In this document: positions 49,996 through 62,800 of the stretch, in pieces
Layout: each line of letters begins with the position of its first letter
How positions within the stretch are numbered: the first letter of the stretch is position 1
NCBI GenBank assembly: GCA_048128005.1
Contig: JBEUKZ010000025.1
Location: forward strand, 124,001 to 188,000
Reading direction: 5' to 3'
From: Veleropilina oligotropha
Lineage: Eukaryota
DNA: 64,000 nt
The notes under the pieces: generated by a model
The model's database searches: none
Seen by the model: the letters and a program-made list of their open reading frames with translations, nothing else
What the model was told of the DNA's origin: nothing
Translations under genes and position numbers: made by a program

Positions 49996-50678
49996 CTAGC
50001 CAGGGTACCCGTCTTCGACGGGTGAGTCTCCCCACCTCATCAATAACCTAATTTCTTATCTTGAACGCCTCTAACATTCCACGAAAGATCTCCACTGAGT
50101 GGTAACTATGAAAATACGAAAATCCCCCCCCCAAAAAAAAACCCACCCCCGCCCCCCCCAAAAAATAATTTGAAAGCGCCATAACCACCGCCTTGGTACC
50201 CTTAGTTCACATGCAAATTTGGTGGAGATCGGTCCAGCCGTTTGTAACGTTATAACTCCTAATTTCTTATCTTGAACGCCTCTATGATTCCACGAAAGAT
50301 GTTGGACACTGAGTGCTAATTGCGACACAGGTGACGATGGCAACCGACTGTCAACAACAGGTGAAGTGCGCAGACTCGACGTCGCATTGATGGTTCCGTT
50401 GTGGAATGACGTCATTACGATGACGCTTTTGAATAATCGTCATTGGATGACGTCAGAATCGACGGGGTCGAAAAGTCTTGTAACGTTTTAAGTGTTATGA
50501 AAATTACCCCCCCAAAAAAAACCACCCCCGCCCCCCAAAAAAAAGAAATGTGAAAGCGCCATAACCACCGCCTTGGTACCCTTAGTTGACATGCCAAATT
50601 TGGTGGAGATCGGTCCAGCCGTTTGGGAGCCTATAGGAGACACACACACAGACAAACTCTCCACGATTATAGTATAGA
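49996..50678 (-). mobile_element. Non-autonomous Helitron
   Basis: On the minus strand: 5' TC, 3' CTAG preceded by hairpin cccgtc-gaa-gacggg, inserted between A and T; internal duplicated blocks and (CA)n. Confidence 0.75.
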
Positions 50679-52850
50679 TATGTCATCATAACAAGATCCT
50701 ACGAGAACATTATACACACAGTGAGTGACATGATATCTGATCATAACCTCGTGTTATGTAAGGTGGGTCATTCAAAACCAAAGCATCTGGAAGTTGTGCA
50801 GCGTGGATATGTCGGAAGTGAAGCAGGACATAATATCGTCAACGATGTCCATTAGTTGTGACCCGTTCGTACTCACAGAATGCTATGATCAAACACTTTA
50901 CTCCATCATCAAAAACATGCGCCTTCAAGAATAAAGATGGTCACCATCCGCCCACCCAGCCTTCGTACACAGACGAACTACATCAGGCAAAGTGTGAAAA
51001 ACGGAAGGCAGAACGTAAGTGGCGAGAAACCGGTCTTGTCGTACACAACGAAATCTTCCGTTCAATAATGGCGAAATACAGCAATATGTTGAAATATGAT
51101 CAAATTCTTATTATAATATCATAATAACAGAGTGTGGCACAGACATGAACAACATCCTGACCCGAAAGAAAACTGTTAAGCTGCCGATTCACACATCAGC
51201 TTAGACCCTTGCCGATACGTTTTCCAACTATTTCTATGAGAAGGTTCGCAACATTCGTTCCAGTCTCTCTGATGGCTGTCAGTCGCAACATTGAACCCCC
51301 CCCACCTGTGAGTCAGTCCTAACTGAGTTTAACCATGTGACTCAAGCTGAACTTGAAAAATCATAACAAGGTCTCCTACCAAAAGTTGTGGTCTGGACCC
51401 GATGCCCACATGGATGATAAAAATTGTGACTAATAAGCTGTTGCATTATATGACTGAGATTGTGAACGCCTCCTTGACTTCCGGTTATGTACCTGACTCT
51501 ATGACAGTCGCCATAATCACTCCTCTAATTCTCTTAACCACATATTTTTATATATTATATAATATATATGCATTATGAAAACACAATACAGAAATAATTA
51601 TTATATTATGAAGTTTTTTGGCATAATAATAACAATACATAAGATATTTCCCAATACAATAATCATATCAATTATATTTTAACTATACATTATATAAATA
51701 CATTATCATTGACACTTATCACTATATAACTACATTATCATTGACACTTATCTAACCAATATACAGTATATAGATATAAATACAGCACTTGTGACGTTCA
51801 CAAATACCAAATATTAACCGCAATGTTTAACCTTAAATATAGGTGGGTGCGGTAGCTAAAAATGTTTCACCCTGCCGATCGCCACCAAGAGACAAAGTGA
51901 GGTGACGAGCAATTTCGCGCCAATATTGATAGAGAGACAAAGAATAGGACGAGCTAATGAAAACTCCGTTATATTAATAGAAGAATATCAAACCTTCAAG
52001 TCGGACTGAACTATCTTATGAGTTAGCGAATTAACAATTTTTATCTAGCAAAAGCATAAAAAATTCACCTATGAAAAAGTCATCATTGAACCAAGAGATT
52101 TCCAACCAATCTAAAAAAAAATACAGGCCAGTGAACACTCTATCCTTCCTCTCTATGATATTAGAGAAGGTGGTCGCCGGTCAATTACAGAAATATATGA
52201 AGGATAACAACCTTCACGACCCTCTGCAATCTGCGTACAAACCTGGACACAGCACAGAGACTGTACTCACTAAGATTCAAGATGATCTCCTGCGTACAAT
52301 TGATGATCACGGCATTGCCATACTGATTCTATTCGATCTACGTTCGGCCTTCGATGCTTTTGATTACAATGTGTTACTGAATAGACTAAGCAATCTAGGA
52401 TCACGTGAAACAACTCATTAATGATTTCAGTCCTATATCTAGCTGGCCTTAGCCAGTATGTCAAGATTGACGAATCGTCTTCCGTCCTGATTCAAATGCT
52501 TATTGGTGTGCCTCAAGGGTTTGTTCTGGTATATCTCTTACCACTGCAGCACCTCATTCGATATCATGGAATGGACATACATGGGTATGCTGACGATACC
52601 CATCTATGTTTAACCTCCAGCAATCACAGTGACGCCGATGTGTTGAAAGCTGATTATTATAGAGTTGAGAAATGCTTGTCAGATATACACTTGTGGATGA
52701 CATCAAATAACTGAACTCTGACAAAACGGAAATCATGGTTTGGGGCACTCGTAAATACCTCAGCAATGTACACATTCCTTCAGTGGATTTTGCCGGTGTA
52801 ACGTTGAATATCAGTTGAATAGTTGAATAGTTATCCAATTGAATTCTTAA

Positions 52851-53444
52851 GGTCGTTTCACACCAGACGCGTCCGATTTTTCGCAACGATAATCGTTACG
52901 ACAAATCGTTATGAGCTTTCACACCAGATGCGAATTTCGTAACTATCACTACCATTCATGATACACGTTTGATTTTATACGGTTATCAGTCTGTTTCATC
53001 TGTATTTGTATTATGCCAGTGTTTCAGTGGCTGTATAGACTGTACAGGCATCCCAAATTCCGTATTTTATTCGGATTGCATATCTTCTAAGCATAATAAT
53101 ATTTCAATATCTTTAAATCCTGGAATGGATTTATTAGAGGATATCATGCCGCTGTACATGTACGATGATATCCTCTTTGGTGGTCTTCTGCATGATGCCA
53201 TTTTGTCAATCCTATGTATGGATATGTTGGTAATTACTGGTCATGTGACAAGGAATGCCCTGTTTTTACTATATTTGACATGCGAAATCGCAACGAAAAT
53301 CGTTGAGATAGGATCAGATCCTATCTCGACGATTTTCGTTGCGATTTTGTAAATATCGTTGCGACAATCGGACCGTGTCTGAAAGGCTCCGTGGTAATGT
53401 GTTGTTTCTATCATAACGAAAATCGGATCAGGTGTGAAATGACC
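52851..53444. mobile_element. Harbinger-like MITE with central ~63-bp palindrome (53285-53347)
   Basis: ggtcgtttcacacc / ggtgtgaaatgacc; aaatcgcaacgaaaatcgttgagataggatc-a-gatcctatctcgacgattttcgttgcgattt. Confidence 0.55.
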
Positions 53445-53783
53445 CGAAAGGCTTTCCTCTCGTGATAATATGGACATGTCGTGTATTGAACCTGAGGGTT
53501 GTAATTTTACAGGGTTTAAGAATCGATCTAATCCAAATTGGAAAATAAACGATCGTGGCGCAAAAGACATTCGATCGTTTGAAGCCGAATTTTGGCAGTA
53601 GGTCAACAAATATGGTTAAACATTAAAAAGTATTCATCATTCGTCATGAATATTGCATAGATGTTGGAATATAAGCAAAGCTCGGTCAACGTCAGTAATG
53701 TCAAAAATTAAATTTTCGCAAATAATTTCGCGACTAGTAATATTTGGAATGCTCTTACAATAAGGCGCTTTAGTAATGCATTT

Positions 53784-54302
53784 GGCCGCTTCGGTAGCGA
53801 AGTGAGTACGATTGCGGATTCTAAATTCACTGGTTTGATTCCGCTAAAGCGAACAGTAGTTGGTTCGATCCTCGGCTGATGGAAACGAAAATTCCTCCAC
53901 GTCTAAATCAGCTGATGGCAATGACAATGCATTCACATCTGAACCTATTGATGCCAGTAACAATGCTCCCACGTCAGATGTCATGTACGACAACACCGAC
54001 ATTCACGCCAGACAATACCGTTTCGTCCCTTCAACGGTGAAGGCCGCTTCGACAGTACAGTGCTACGGTTGTGGATTCCGAAAATCACTGACTTGATTCC
54101 GCTGACGCGAACAGTAGTGTATTCTACCCCCGGCTGACGCATCACAGATTTGTTCAAGTTATGAATCGCAGTTGTCCGTGACTGGTCGAAGAGGGCGGGT
54201 TTACCTTGGGTTCCTCCCACGATAATACAGGCATGTCCTGCCTTGAACCTAATGGTTGTAAGTATACGGGACATTAAGCATCATTCCTCTTCCTCCTCCT
54301 CC
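53784..54302 (+). mobile_element. tRNA-derived SINE remnants (head at 53784-53880, body at ~54050-54300)
   Basis: Homologous to 54514-54779; ggttcgatcc B box; (tcc)n tail. Confidence 0.6.
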
Positions 54303-54513
54303 TATTAATGCATCTATCTTGCTCAGTCCATGCGTCTGTTTGTCGGTTTATTCTCAATAAGTACCTTGTATATAGTAAACTTACCTTAAGCAAATATATT
54401 TCATCAATCACAATAAATGTAACTCAAAATTAATGAACACCTTTTCTCCTTGAATTGCTACACACCGACTGCGCTGTTCAACAGTGTGCATGTGGGTTCG
54501 ATCTTGGTCGAAT

Positions 54514-54779
54514 GGGCCGCTTTGGCAGCGCAGTGGGTACGAGTACATGACTCTAAATTCACTGGCTTGATTCCACTGACACGAACAGTAGTGGGTTCGA
54601 ATCTCGGTTGGGATATAACATTATTTGTTAAGTTTATGAATCACAGTTGGTCGTAACAAACCGAAGAGAGCGGGTTTCCCCGGCGACCGGGGTTTCCTCC
54701 CGCGATAACACGGACATGTCCTGCCTTGAACCTCGATGTTGTAAATATACAGGACATTAAGCATAATTCCTCCCTCCCT
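54514..54779 (+). mobile_element. tRNA-derived SINE
   Basis: A box tggcagcgcagtgg, B box gggttcgaatc, central gggtttcctccc, tccc tail. Confidence 0.7.
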
Positions 54780-54854
54780 TCACAAATATTACGAACACTT
54801 GTCGGCATATTCACGTTGTTGGATACACTACAATAAAACGAAAATAATATTTAC

Positions 54855-55530
54855 CTTTGTCTGTTTTCTCCAGAGGCCCTACAAGATCCATTCCAATTTG
54901 CGTAAAAGCGGTGTCAGGAATGTTTATGGGTCTCAACAACCATGAAACTTTTCTTAAGACAGATTTTGCCTGACATTCGTTACAGTGTAATCAAATGAGC
55001 CTCGCCAGTCGTATCTTTGGCGGATCTTTCTCCATCTGAAATACATAATGTACAATAAAAAATAGGTAACATCATCTATATAAGACGCTCGCACAAGCTC
55101 ATTAAATTAAATGAAAAAATAACTTATTGTTCAAGATTGCCCACGACACTAACCATGTGATCAGTCAACTATAAAACCAGTAGATCTTGTCCATTGTCTG
55201 TACAACACGTTCAAATGCATGAAAATGTAGAAGACGAAATAATAAAAGGCGCATCTAGAGTAGGAGTTTTTCTCTAATAAGATGAACTTAGGAGTGAACA
55301 TTTCTTATTATAATGTCATGCTCCTCCTTTTTGAAAACACGCATCCATCCTTTCTTTCCTTTATGGAACAACTCTTCGTTTTGCAACGTAAATGTACTAC
55401 ATTTCCTCCTAAAGTGTATTTTGGCATTCGCGCATCCAATTGTATCTGGGTACTTTCCTTCACTCAGAAAAGATTCAATTGAGTCAAACGTTAAATCGGT
55501 CATATTTGGTATCATTAATATATCGCTCAA
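54855..55530 (-). pseudogene. Intron-containing Ginger/GIN-like integrase remnant
   Basis: HFRRKCSTFTLQNEELF..IIRNVH; exon 54855-55035 gives WRKIRQRYDWRG..CNECQ..LRPINIP..QIGMDLVGPL, bounded by AG and GT. Confidence 0.65.
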
Positions 55531-55989
55531 CCACGGGAAATAACTTGTTGCTTGTCTCCAGTGTATCGACTACTTAACTGACGACATTGGGCCTTTGAAG
55601 AGTGGGGGTTGGGTGCAATCGATGTTAAATTTAAGTGCGCATCCCTTCTCCTAAAGGATGTCTCTGAACTGTGTAATGGTGGCATGGGCCCAACTGTCCA
55701 GTGCTCTGGCGAATGGGCGAATTGCTCCATATGACCTGGAGCGCATGCGTATTGACCACCTGGTATCACCAAGCTTCTACCTGCCATTGTAACAATGACC
55801 AACGCATTGCACTCCTAGAGCACCCAAAACCAGAGTCCTAGGCTGCAGCTTTGCTGGAATCCCTTTTGGGAAATGGTCAGATTCTTGATCATCGTCGACG
55901 TCCTCTGTTATTTCCCTCCTTGGCAAGGGGGGGGGGGGGGGGGTATCATGACACTTGGCGACTTGGTCGATCGAGAAGCTATGCTTATA

Positions 55990-57030
55990 TCTTCCAGCCA
56001 AAACGACAAACCTACCTTAAACATTAGATCAACCTCAGTTAAATTTGTATCCGCACACAAGCATTTGGGATTGACATTTTCATCAGATGGTAAATGGACA
56101 AAAGATATAGAAAACATTGCTCAAACTGCATTCCAAAATTGGTCAACTATGCGGAATTTGAAATTTATCCTAAATAAGGATAAAATACTCCAAATTTATA
56201 AAACATTTAGGCCTATTAGAACATTTTTCGAGTATGCGGTGGAGGTTTGGAGTAACTTATCTGAAACTGACGCAAATAAGTTTAATCTCATTTAAAATAA
56301 AGCTATATGCGAACTATCACAGGCTTACCGTGATACGCGCGCTGCTAATCAAAATTTGAATATTTAATATTATACAAATAAACTGGGCTAGGGGATCTTG
56401 GATTTCGGAGAAATAACATAAAACACAACACTCTAATAAGCTTATTAATGGCAAAGCACATGATTATTTATTTCAATTACTGCCATCATTTATACACAAC
56501 GTCACAAATTACGAATTATGAAACAGGGAACATTTCAATTGCATTCCGTGTCGCCTAGAGGCGACTCGAAAGTCATTATTTCCGTCCCGCATTGCACGGT
56601 GGAACAATCTTGAACACAAAATGGAAAATTTACCAACATTACAATCCTCAAAAATGCAAATAAACCTGATAAGGAAAATGCAATATGGAACAAGTGCAAA
56701 CCTTTGTTACGAAATATGGAAACTATACATGCAAGAATTCTAAACAATTGCAGCCCACTCCATGCGGACTTAGTCAATAATCATATTATTGCGAACTCCA
56801 ATTGTTCATGTGGAGCCCTCTACGAATATGCTACACATTACTTTTATAACTGTCCAAATAATTATTACACATCGGAAAGAAATGAGATACTGACAATTAT
56901 ACTATCAGACTCAACAATTCAAGATCTTTTATTTGGTACTTCCTCAAAATCAGTTGAAGAAAATCAGATATTATACAATAGTATACATATTTATATAAAA
57001 CGAACTAAAGATTTTTATCTTAAATGTTAC
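55990..57030 (+). pseudogene. CR1/L2-group LINE 3' fragment
   Basis: HKHLGLTFSSDGKW, EYAVEVWSN, CSCG..E..HYFYNCP. Confidence 0.7.
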
Positions 57031-59473
57031 AATAAAATTACAATCACTGTAATAGCGACTGACAAAAAAACAGATATCACGATGTTGCACACTGCGTCTG
57101 TACTCGATTTATAAATGGTTCATTGTATATACCGTGTCATCCTTCTCCTATGTTTGGAAAATTGTCTATTTCGCGTGTAGGGAGAGGGCGACTCCGTAAT
57201 GTTGTAATAACTTTATGCCCAATCCCATTGTTGCTTATATTGAACAATAAAAACATCTTTAAAAAAAAGAATACAAAAGAAGACAGAACGTTTCTGTCGA
57301 TCGAAGCCATCGTCGCCAAGACATCATCAAGAGCCCTGAGCGTTAGATGTACCTACCTTAAACGTGCGATTCCTGGCGACTGGTTCACTTTACCAGCAGT
57401 AAACCAGGAATCCGCGTCCAGGGCATATTCCGTCCTTGCTTTGGATGGTAGTAGCCACAGTTGCTTTGGCCTGTCATCCACACAATGGTATATCCATTTG
57501 GTCGACGAGCATGCAACTGAGTCCGTTGCCGTCCAAGCATGGGAACCCACGCACACACCAATTAACTGAAAGCCAATATGATTGGGGATATTTAAGATGC
57601 CTGTCCCCAATACTATCCGAGAAGTTGCTTGGTTGCTGCTGCAGAGGCTGCCACGGATGTCAAATTTCCTCTTTGCTATTCTGGCGAAGAGACACCGATG
57701 CATCTTTTTGTGCAGTGTGACATTGCCCGCTCTTTTTGGTCTGGGTTGCCAACCTTCTTTCCCGTTATTTGGGGCAGGATGTCTCAATTCCTGCCCTGAA
57801 CATACGTTTTCGTGACCGTGCTCGTACGATCACAGGGTCATGTTCGATTTTCTGCTGATGTACGGATAGTCAGTCTTGTTAAAACGCCACCAGGTGTATT
57901 CTCCGCACGCTGATTTCTTGTCAGCGTGCAAGTCGTTTTTGTGGTCCATTTGCGCTTGTTCATACTGCATCAACAATAACGCGCATCGCTGAGAAAGAGG
58001 GGCATCGCCTTCTTCTCTCGAATACTACAATGACGTGTTTGTAAGCTTGGATGGGTCAAGACTGGCAGTCCTTTTGTAAATTGTATATACATATCTTTAC
58101 CAATTGTAGTAGATTTGCAGTTGATACACGTAACGGGGAGGTTTATGGTAGCAGGCCATCCAATTCAACATCGATGGTCAAGTTTTGCGCCTGACCCTCT
58201 CTTCCATTTATTCGACTGCAAATATGTTACAACTTTTGTGGTGCATTGTCATCGCTTTATCGGGCTGTTTAGTCAATTTGTATATATATTTATTTGCAAT
58301 TTGTGACACTTTGGTCATGTTTTTGGCTTATGCCTTTTGTAACCTGCGACAATTTGGTCACATTCTGGCTTATGTCTTTGTACATACTGTATTTGTAACC
58401 TGTGACACTTACAGTAGGTCATATTTTATTACCTGTGAAACTTTGGTTTCATTTTTTACTAATGCTTTTCGTTTATCAGTGACACTTTGGTCACATATTT
58501 GGCTTTTGCTTTTCATTTATTTTTTTGACCAAAATATAGGTTTTATATATGTTTGTATTGAAGCAACGTTTTAGTTGTTTTTAGGCCATTTAGGCTTTTT
58601 GTCTGCCAAGTAGGCACCGTGTGCCGTTAATGCGATATACGGGTAAAACCATTTACACAACGGCTCTTTTGTTTTGAGGAGGTTGGTATTCAGCGTGAAT
58701 ACCTTGTTTTCAATGACGATTCTCGTGCAGAAGTGGGTATGAAGTCTGCAGAGGTTGGTATGGAGCATGCAGAGGTCGGTATGCTCTATACCCACCCCCG
58801 TCCGCGCAACTGGCTGTTACCTGAAAGCACAGTCCCTCGACGACCCGTCACAAATAAAAAAAAATGTATCGAAATCGTCAGGCAAATGCCCCAGATATTG
58901 ATTGCTATACAACATAGAGAAAGTTGTTCAACGTCAAAATGGCGATAATTGTTAAACACTATAGCAATACACGGTCACAACTTTATACATACAAAATTGA
59001 CATACCTCGTACTGCTGGAAAAGATAAACGAGGTATTTTTCTTGCTATCGGTGTACTTTTTCAAGGTTCATTTGGACACTGGGCTGAGAATCGGAACCTT
59101 TAGCAGCATGGGGGGTGATTGGACTTTTTAGAATGGAAAAATAAGGCTCCCAGCACTATTTCAGAACTGAGGTAGTGTAGTACGAGCCCCGGGGTATTTC
59201 AGAGGAAGTTAGGGTGGGGCCCAGGTCCCCAGGGGTGGAGGCTCCCAGCCCTATTTCGGGACTGAGGGTAGGGATTGTATTACAAAAAGTCACCATGTGT
59301 ACAGAGCCCACTACCCTCGCCGGGCAGGCGTATGTTTGTATCAGTGTCGAGAACTCCTTGCCGATATAGTAGTACGTAGTAAGAGCCCGTAGGGACGGCC
59401 CACAACCCTCGCCGGCCCGGGCGTTGCTTTTAGACATACCCATTGGACGGGTATATCCAATGCAAAGGATACG

Positions 59474-59758
59474 ATGAAGGGCTATGACACCTGTCAATGG
59501 CTTACCATCAGCTCGACGGAGCTATGCGGTAAGAGCTGTCTGAGCGAGTATTGTAAAGTCCATCTGGCTCGGCTCCGAAAGGGCCGGGGCACAAAGCCCT
59601 GCAGCAAATGCGGACAAGGCGTCAGAAACCGGCTTACGCTGTGTCAGGGCTGTGGGTATAAGCTTGAGAACGATAGGGACTGGCAACGAAAGAAAAGGGC
59701 CTTCCAGAGAGAGTTTCTGCGAGAGTTTCTCCGCATGGCTGCAATCTACCACGCGTAA
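59474..59758 (+). CDS. Small Cys-rich putative zinc-binding protein, copy C
   Basis: CQWLTISSTELCGKSCLSEYCKVH..CSKC..CQGC. Confidence 0.75.
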   Translation: MKGYDTCQWLTISSTELCGKSCLSEYCKVHLARLRKGRGTKPCSKCGQGVRNRLTLCQGCGYKLENDRDWQRKKRAFQREFLREFLRMAAIYHA

Positions 59759-59806
59759 ATTTCATATTAGAGAAGTGATCGGCATGACGTATACCCACCC
59801 GGCAAC

Positions 59807-62800
59807 ATGGATGAACTACGCAATCTAGCGAAAGATTACGGGATTCCCGCTCGGTCGAAGCTCAAGAAGCACGACCTCATCTGGGCAATAGCCAGGGTCC
59901 GTGCTGCCGAGTTTCGGAGGAGACTCGAGCGGGCGATGAAAACGGGAAGGTTCCCCTCCATACATGGGGATGTGGAGAACCCCCACAAAAGAGGCCGTCG
60001 TGCTCGTGAATTGCAGCAGATTAAGGACGAGGTCGAGGTCGCCCTCAAGGTCCGTAAATATACCTCGAGGGCTGAGAAAAAGCCCGGGATTCGACAGAAG
60101 CCACTTCGTAACATCACGGATCGAATCGTTAAGCCACACTTGCATGGTCTGACTCGGTCTCGGAAAGAGACTCTTGCGGGGGCTATTGCTCGGAAGGGGC
60201 CCGATATTCTGAGAGACCTCTCCAAAACGCCCCGGACAGCCCAGGACTACCAGAAGGATCTTCTAGGGACGTTTACCACAACAGAGGGGCAACAGTTCAT
60301 CGACCTGGATAACCAGGCCCCTCCCCCAGTAAGGCTCCCAGCAAAAGAGCCATGGGTGGAACTCTTGAACAACGCCAAAGACGAGTTTGAGGTCGATGGC
60401 GCCGCGGCGGCCTTCTCCACATGGAGGGTAGAAGTGGACATTAAGATCGAACACGGCATCGAAGCGGCCCTGGATGCCCATATGACAGATGCGAGGGCGG
60501 TACAGCTCCTCACAGCCCTTCCAAAAGGCGAGTATGTCCTTAGAATCAAGTTCTTGCGTGAGTGGGGTGAAGGCGACTGGGTGGTCGAAGACAAGTTTGA
60601 CCCGGTGAAGGCTGCGAGAAAGAAGGGCCAGGGTATCTTTGAGATCTCTCAGGACACTAAGCCGGGTGCTATCACTGGGTTCGACAAAGTCTACTACGAG
60701 AACGCCTACCCGGTCACTGCAGTCGTCTACGGCCTCTATCCTCTCAGAGAACCAAACCCCGCCAACCTGGTTCCAATGAAGAACGGCGATCTCAACTGCG
60801 TTGCCCAGAGAGTGGTTGAGCACTTCGAAGGTGCCTGAGAGGAAACGGACTCACCCCGACAAGGCGGCAGAAAGTACAGGAGTGGGAAGAGCAAGTTCAT
60901 GTAACAGGCGCCACTGTGGATGATATATCCATCCTCGAGAAGATACTGAAGCGGGCGATTATCTTGAGAGACATTGCAGGTGCCGACATCTACAACAGTG
61001 GGAAGTACCAGGGATGGCATAGACCAGTAGAACTCATCTGCCACAACGGCCACGCCTGGTCCAAGGAGCTGCACTTCCTGCAGTCTCGCGAGGTCCACCT
61101 GTATGAGGGCGATGTCTGGGAAGCTATCCGACAAGCCACACGTAATGAGCCATTAGCTGTCTGGCTCCTTGGCGGTAAAGACCGACAGCTCGGCGTGGAC
61201 CAGTTCGTGCTGCAAGACGGCCGCACGTACAGGACAAAAGATGATCACGAGAGACTCCAAGAAGCCTGTAAGGCTCTGGGGGGGGAATGAGTCTCTTGCC
61301 GATCGGGCCTTTGGCGTGAACCATGCAGCTAGCATTATGGCCAAAGAGAATAACGGCTGGAAAGCTACCCCAGCGGGCCTGCTCGATGATATCCAGAAGG
61401 CCTGCGTAGAGCATGGTCACGGTGGCCTTTGGAATTCCATGGGCTATGACACGAGAGATGTCTGCTGCATCGATATGAAATCCTGCTACCCTGCAAGCTT
61501 TCAGGGGAAGGGCGAGGCTAAGCCATATTTCTAAAGATTCGGACACCCAACCCACAGCATGACGCGTGTCGCAATTAACGGTCCTCTTCCCCAAGAAATC
61601 GGTACTGGCTTTGCTGAGGTCGTGGAATGGGAGTTTGCACAAGAAATCCACCCCACCATTCCCGCCTGGTTCGGAAAGCACTTTGCAGAAATGAGTTGGG
61701 CACCAACCCCGCTGCTCGCCTTCCTCATAGAATCTGGACTGCTAAAAAGCCTCAAGATCCGAGAAGCCATCATCGCATTCAGAAAGCAGACCGATGTCTG
61801 GCTTCCTCTGGATCGTGACCAGGGCTGCAGCATTATCGGCAAATTCACCCAAGGCGCCAAGGCAGACGGAAAAAGATTGACTCGAAGGCTTGTGACCGAC
61901 CAGGGAGAACTCGACTTCCTCGTAAAAGACACCCGCCAAAGCGGCACCCTGGTTGGCGCTCCTCAGAGATGCCCCCTCGGTCACATCCTCACGTACTATG
62001 ATGGCTCCCAGCCTCAGTACGCCCACCTGAGGGCCAGCATGTTGGCCTATGCCCACATAAACCTCTTGAGCATGCTCCAGCGTTTCACCCCTGAGGAAGC
62101 CGTACGTGTGGCCACTGACAGCATCTACCTCAAGAAGGCCTCGTTGGAGAAGCTCGACGATGTCAAGGCGTACGTTGCCCCCCAGTTCTGCGACTGTGGC
62201 GATAAATCGTGCATCTCCTGTCTGCTCGGGGAGACGTACCTTCCGCCAGTAGCACCGGCCCAGTGGCGTGACAAGGGCGAACAGCTGTATATGCCACAGG
62301 AACATGCCGCATACCTGCCCAAGCCGGAGTACATGCAGTCCGAGAAGGACCTCCCGCCAAGCACCGCGCCATGCTACAATGACACGCTGACCCACCATCG
62401 CCTGAGTTACCTCAACGGTGGAGGGGGCTGTGGCAAGACTACGAGAGCGATCGAGCTCTTCCGGGCAAGAAATCCCACGGTGTTCACGCCAACCCACCGC
62501 CTCGCTAAAGAGATGCGGACCAGGGGTGTCAAAGCCCAGACCTACCACAGCTTCTTCCGATGGAGCGGTCAGACTGACTGGACACCCGACCGCATGGGTC
62601 AGAAGTTCATCCCCCGCGTCATTATCTGGGACGAGGTCTGTACTGTTCCCCTGCCTATCCTCGAGATGTTCTTGGACTGGCTGGGCCACCACGAAGTTCA
62701 GGTTATCTGCTGTGGGGACCAGGGCCAGCCACCACCGATTACGGGGGAGATGCCGCACGATTGGCTGCGAAAGACCGCGGACTACTATGAGGAGATCGAA

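Larger units (their letters stand above)
49350..52820 (+). pseudogene. Decayed L2-clade LINE ORF2 with several insertions
   Basis: HGGVAILHK; YRPV..LEKVV..QSAYKPGHSTET; DLRSAFD; GVPQG; YADD. Confidence 0.8.

Noticed and set aside
57290..57960. GC-richer stretch with several short ORFs
   Set aside because: No recognisable motif in the frames I read, and internal stops
58290..58500. Hydrophobic ORF 58185..58574
   Set aside because: Arises from a degenerate T-rich tandem repeat (tgtgacactttggtca)
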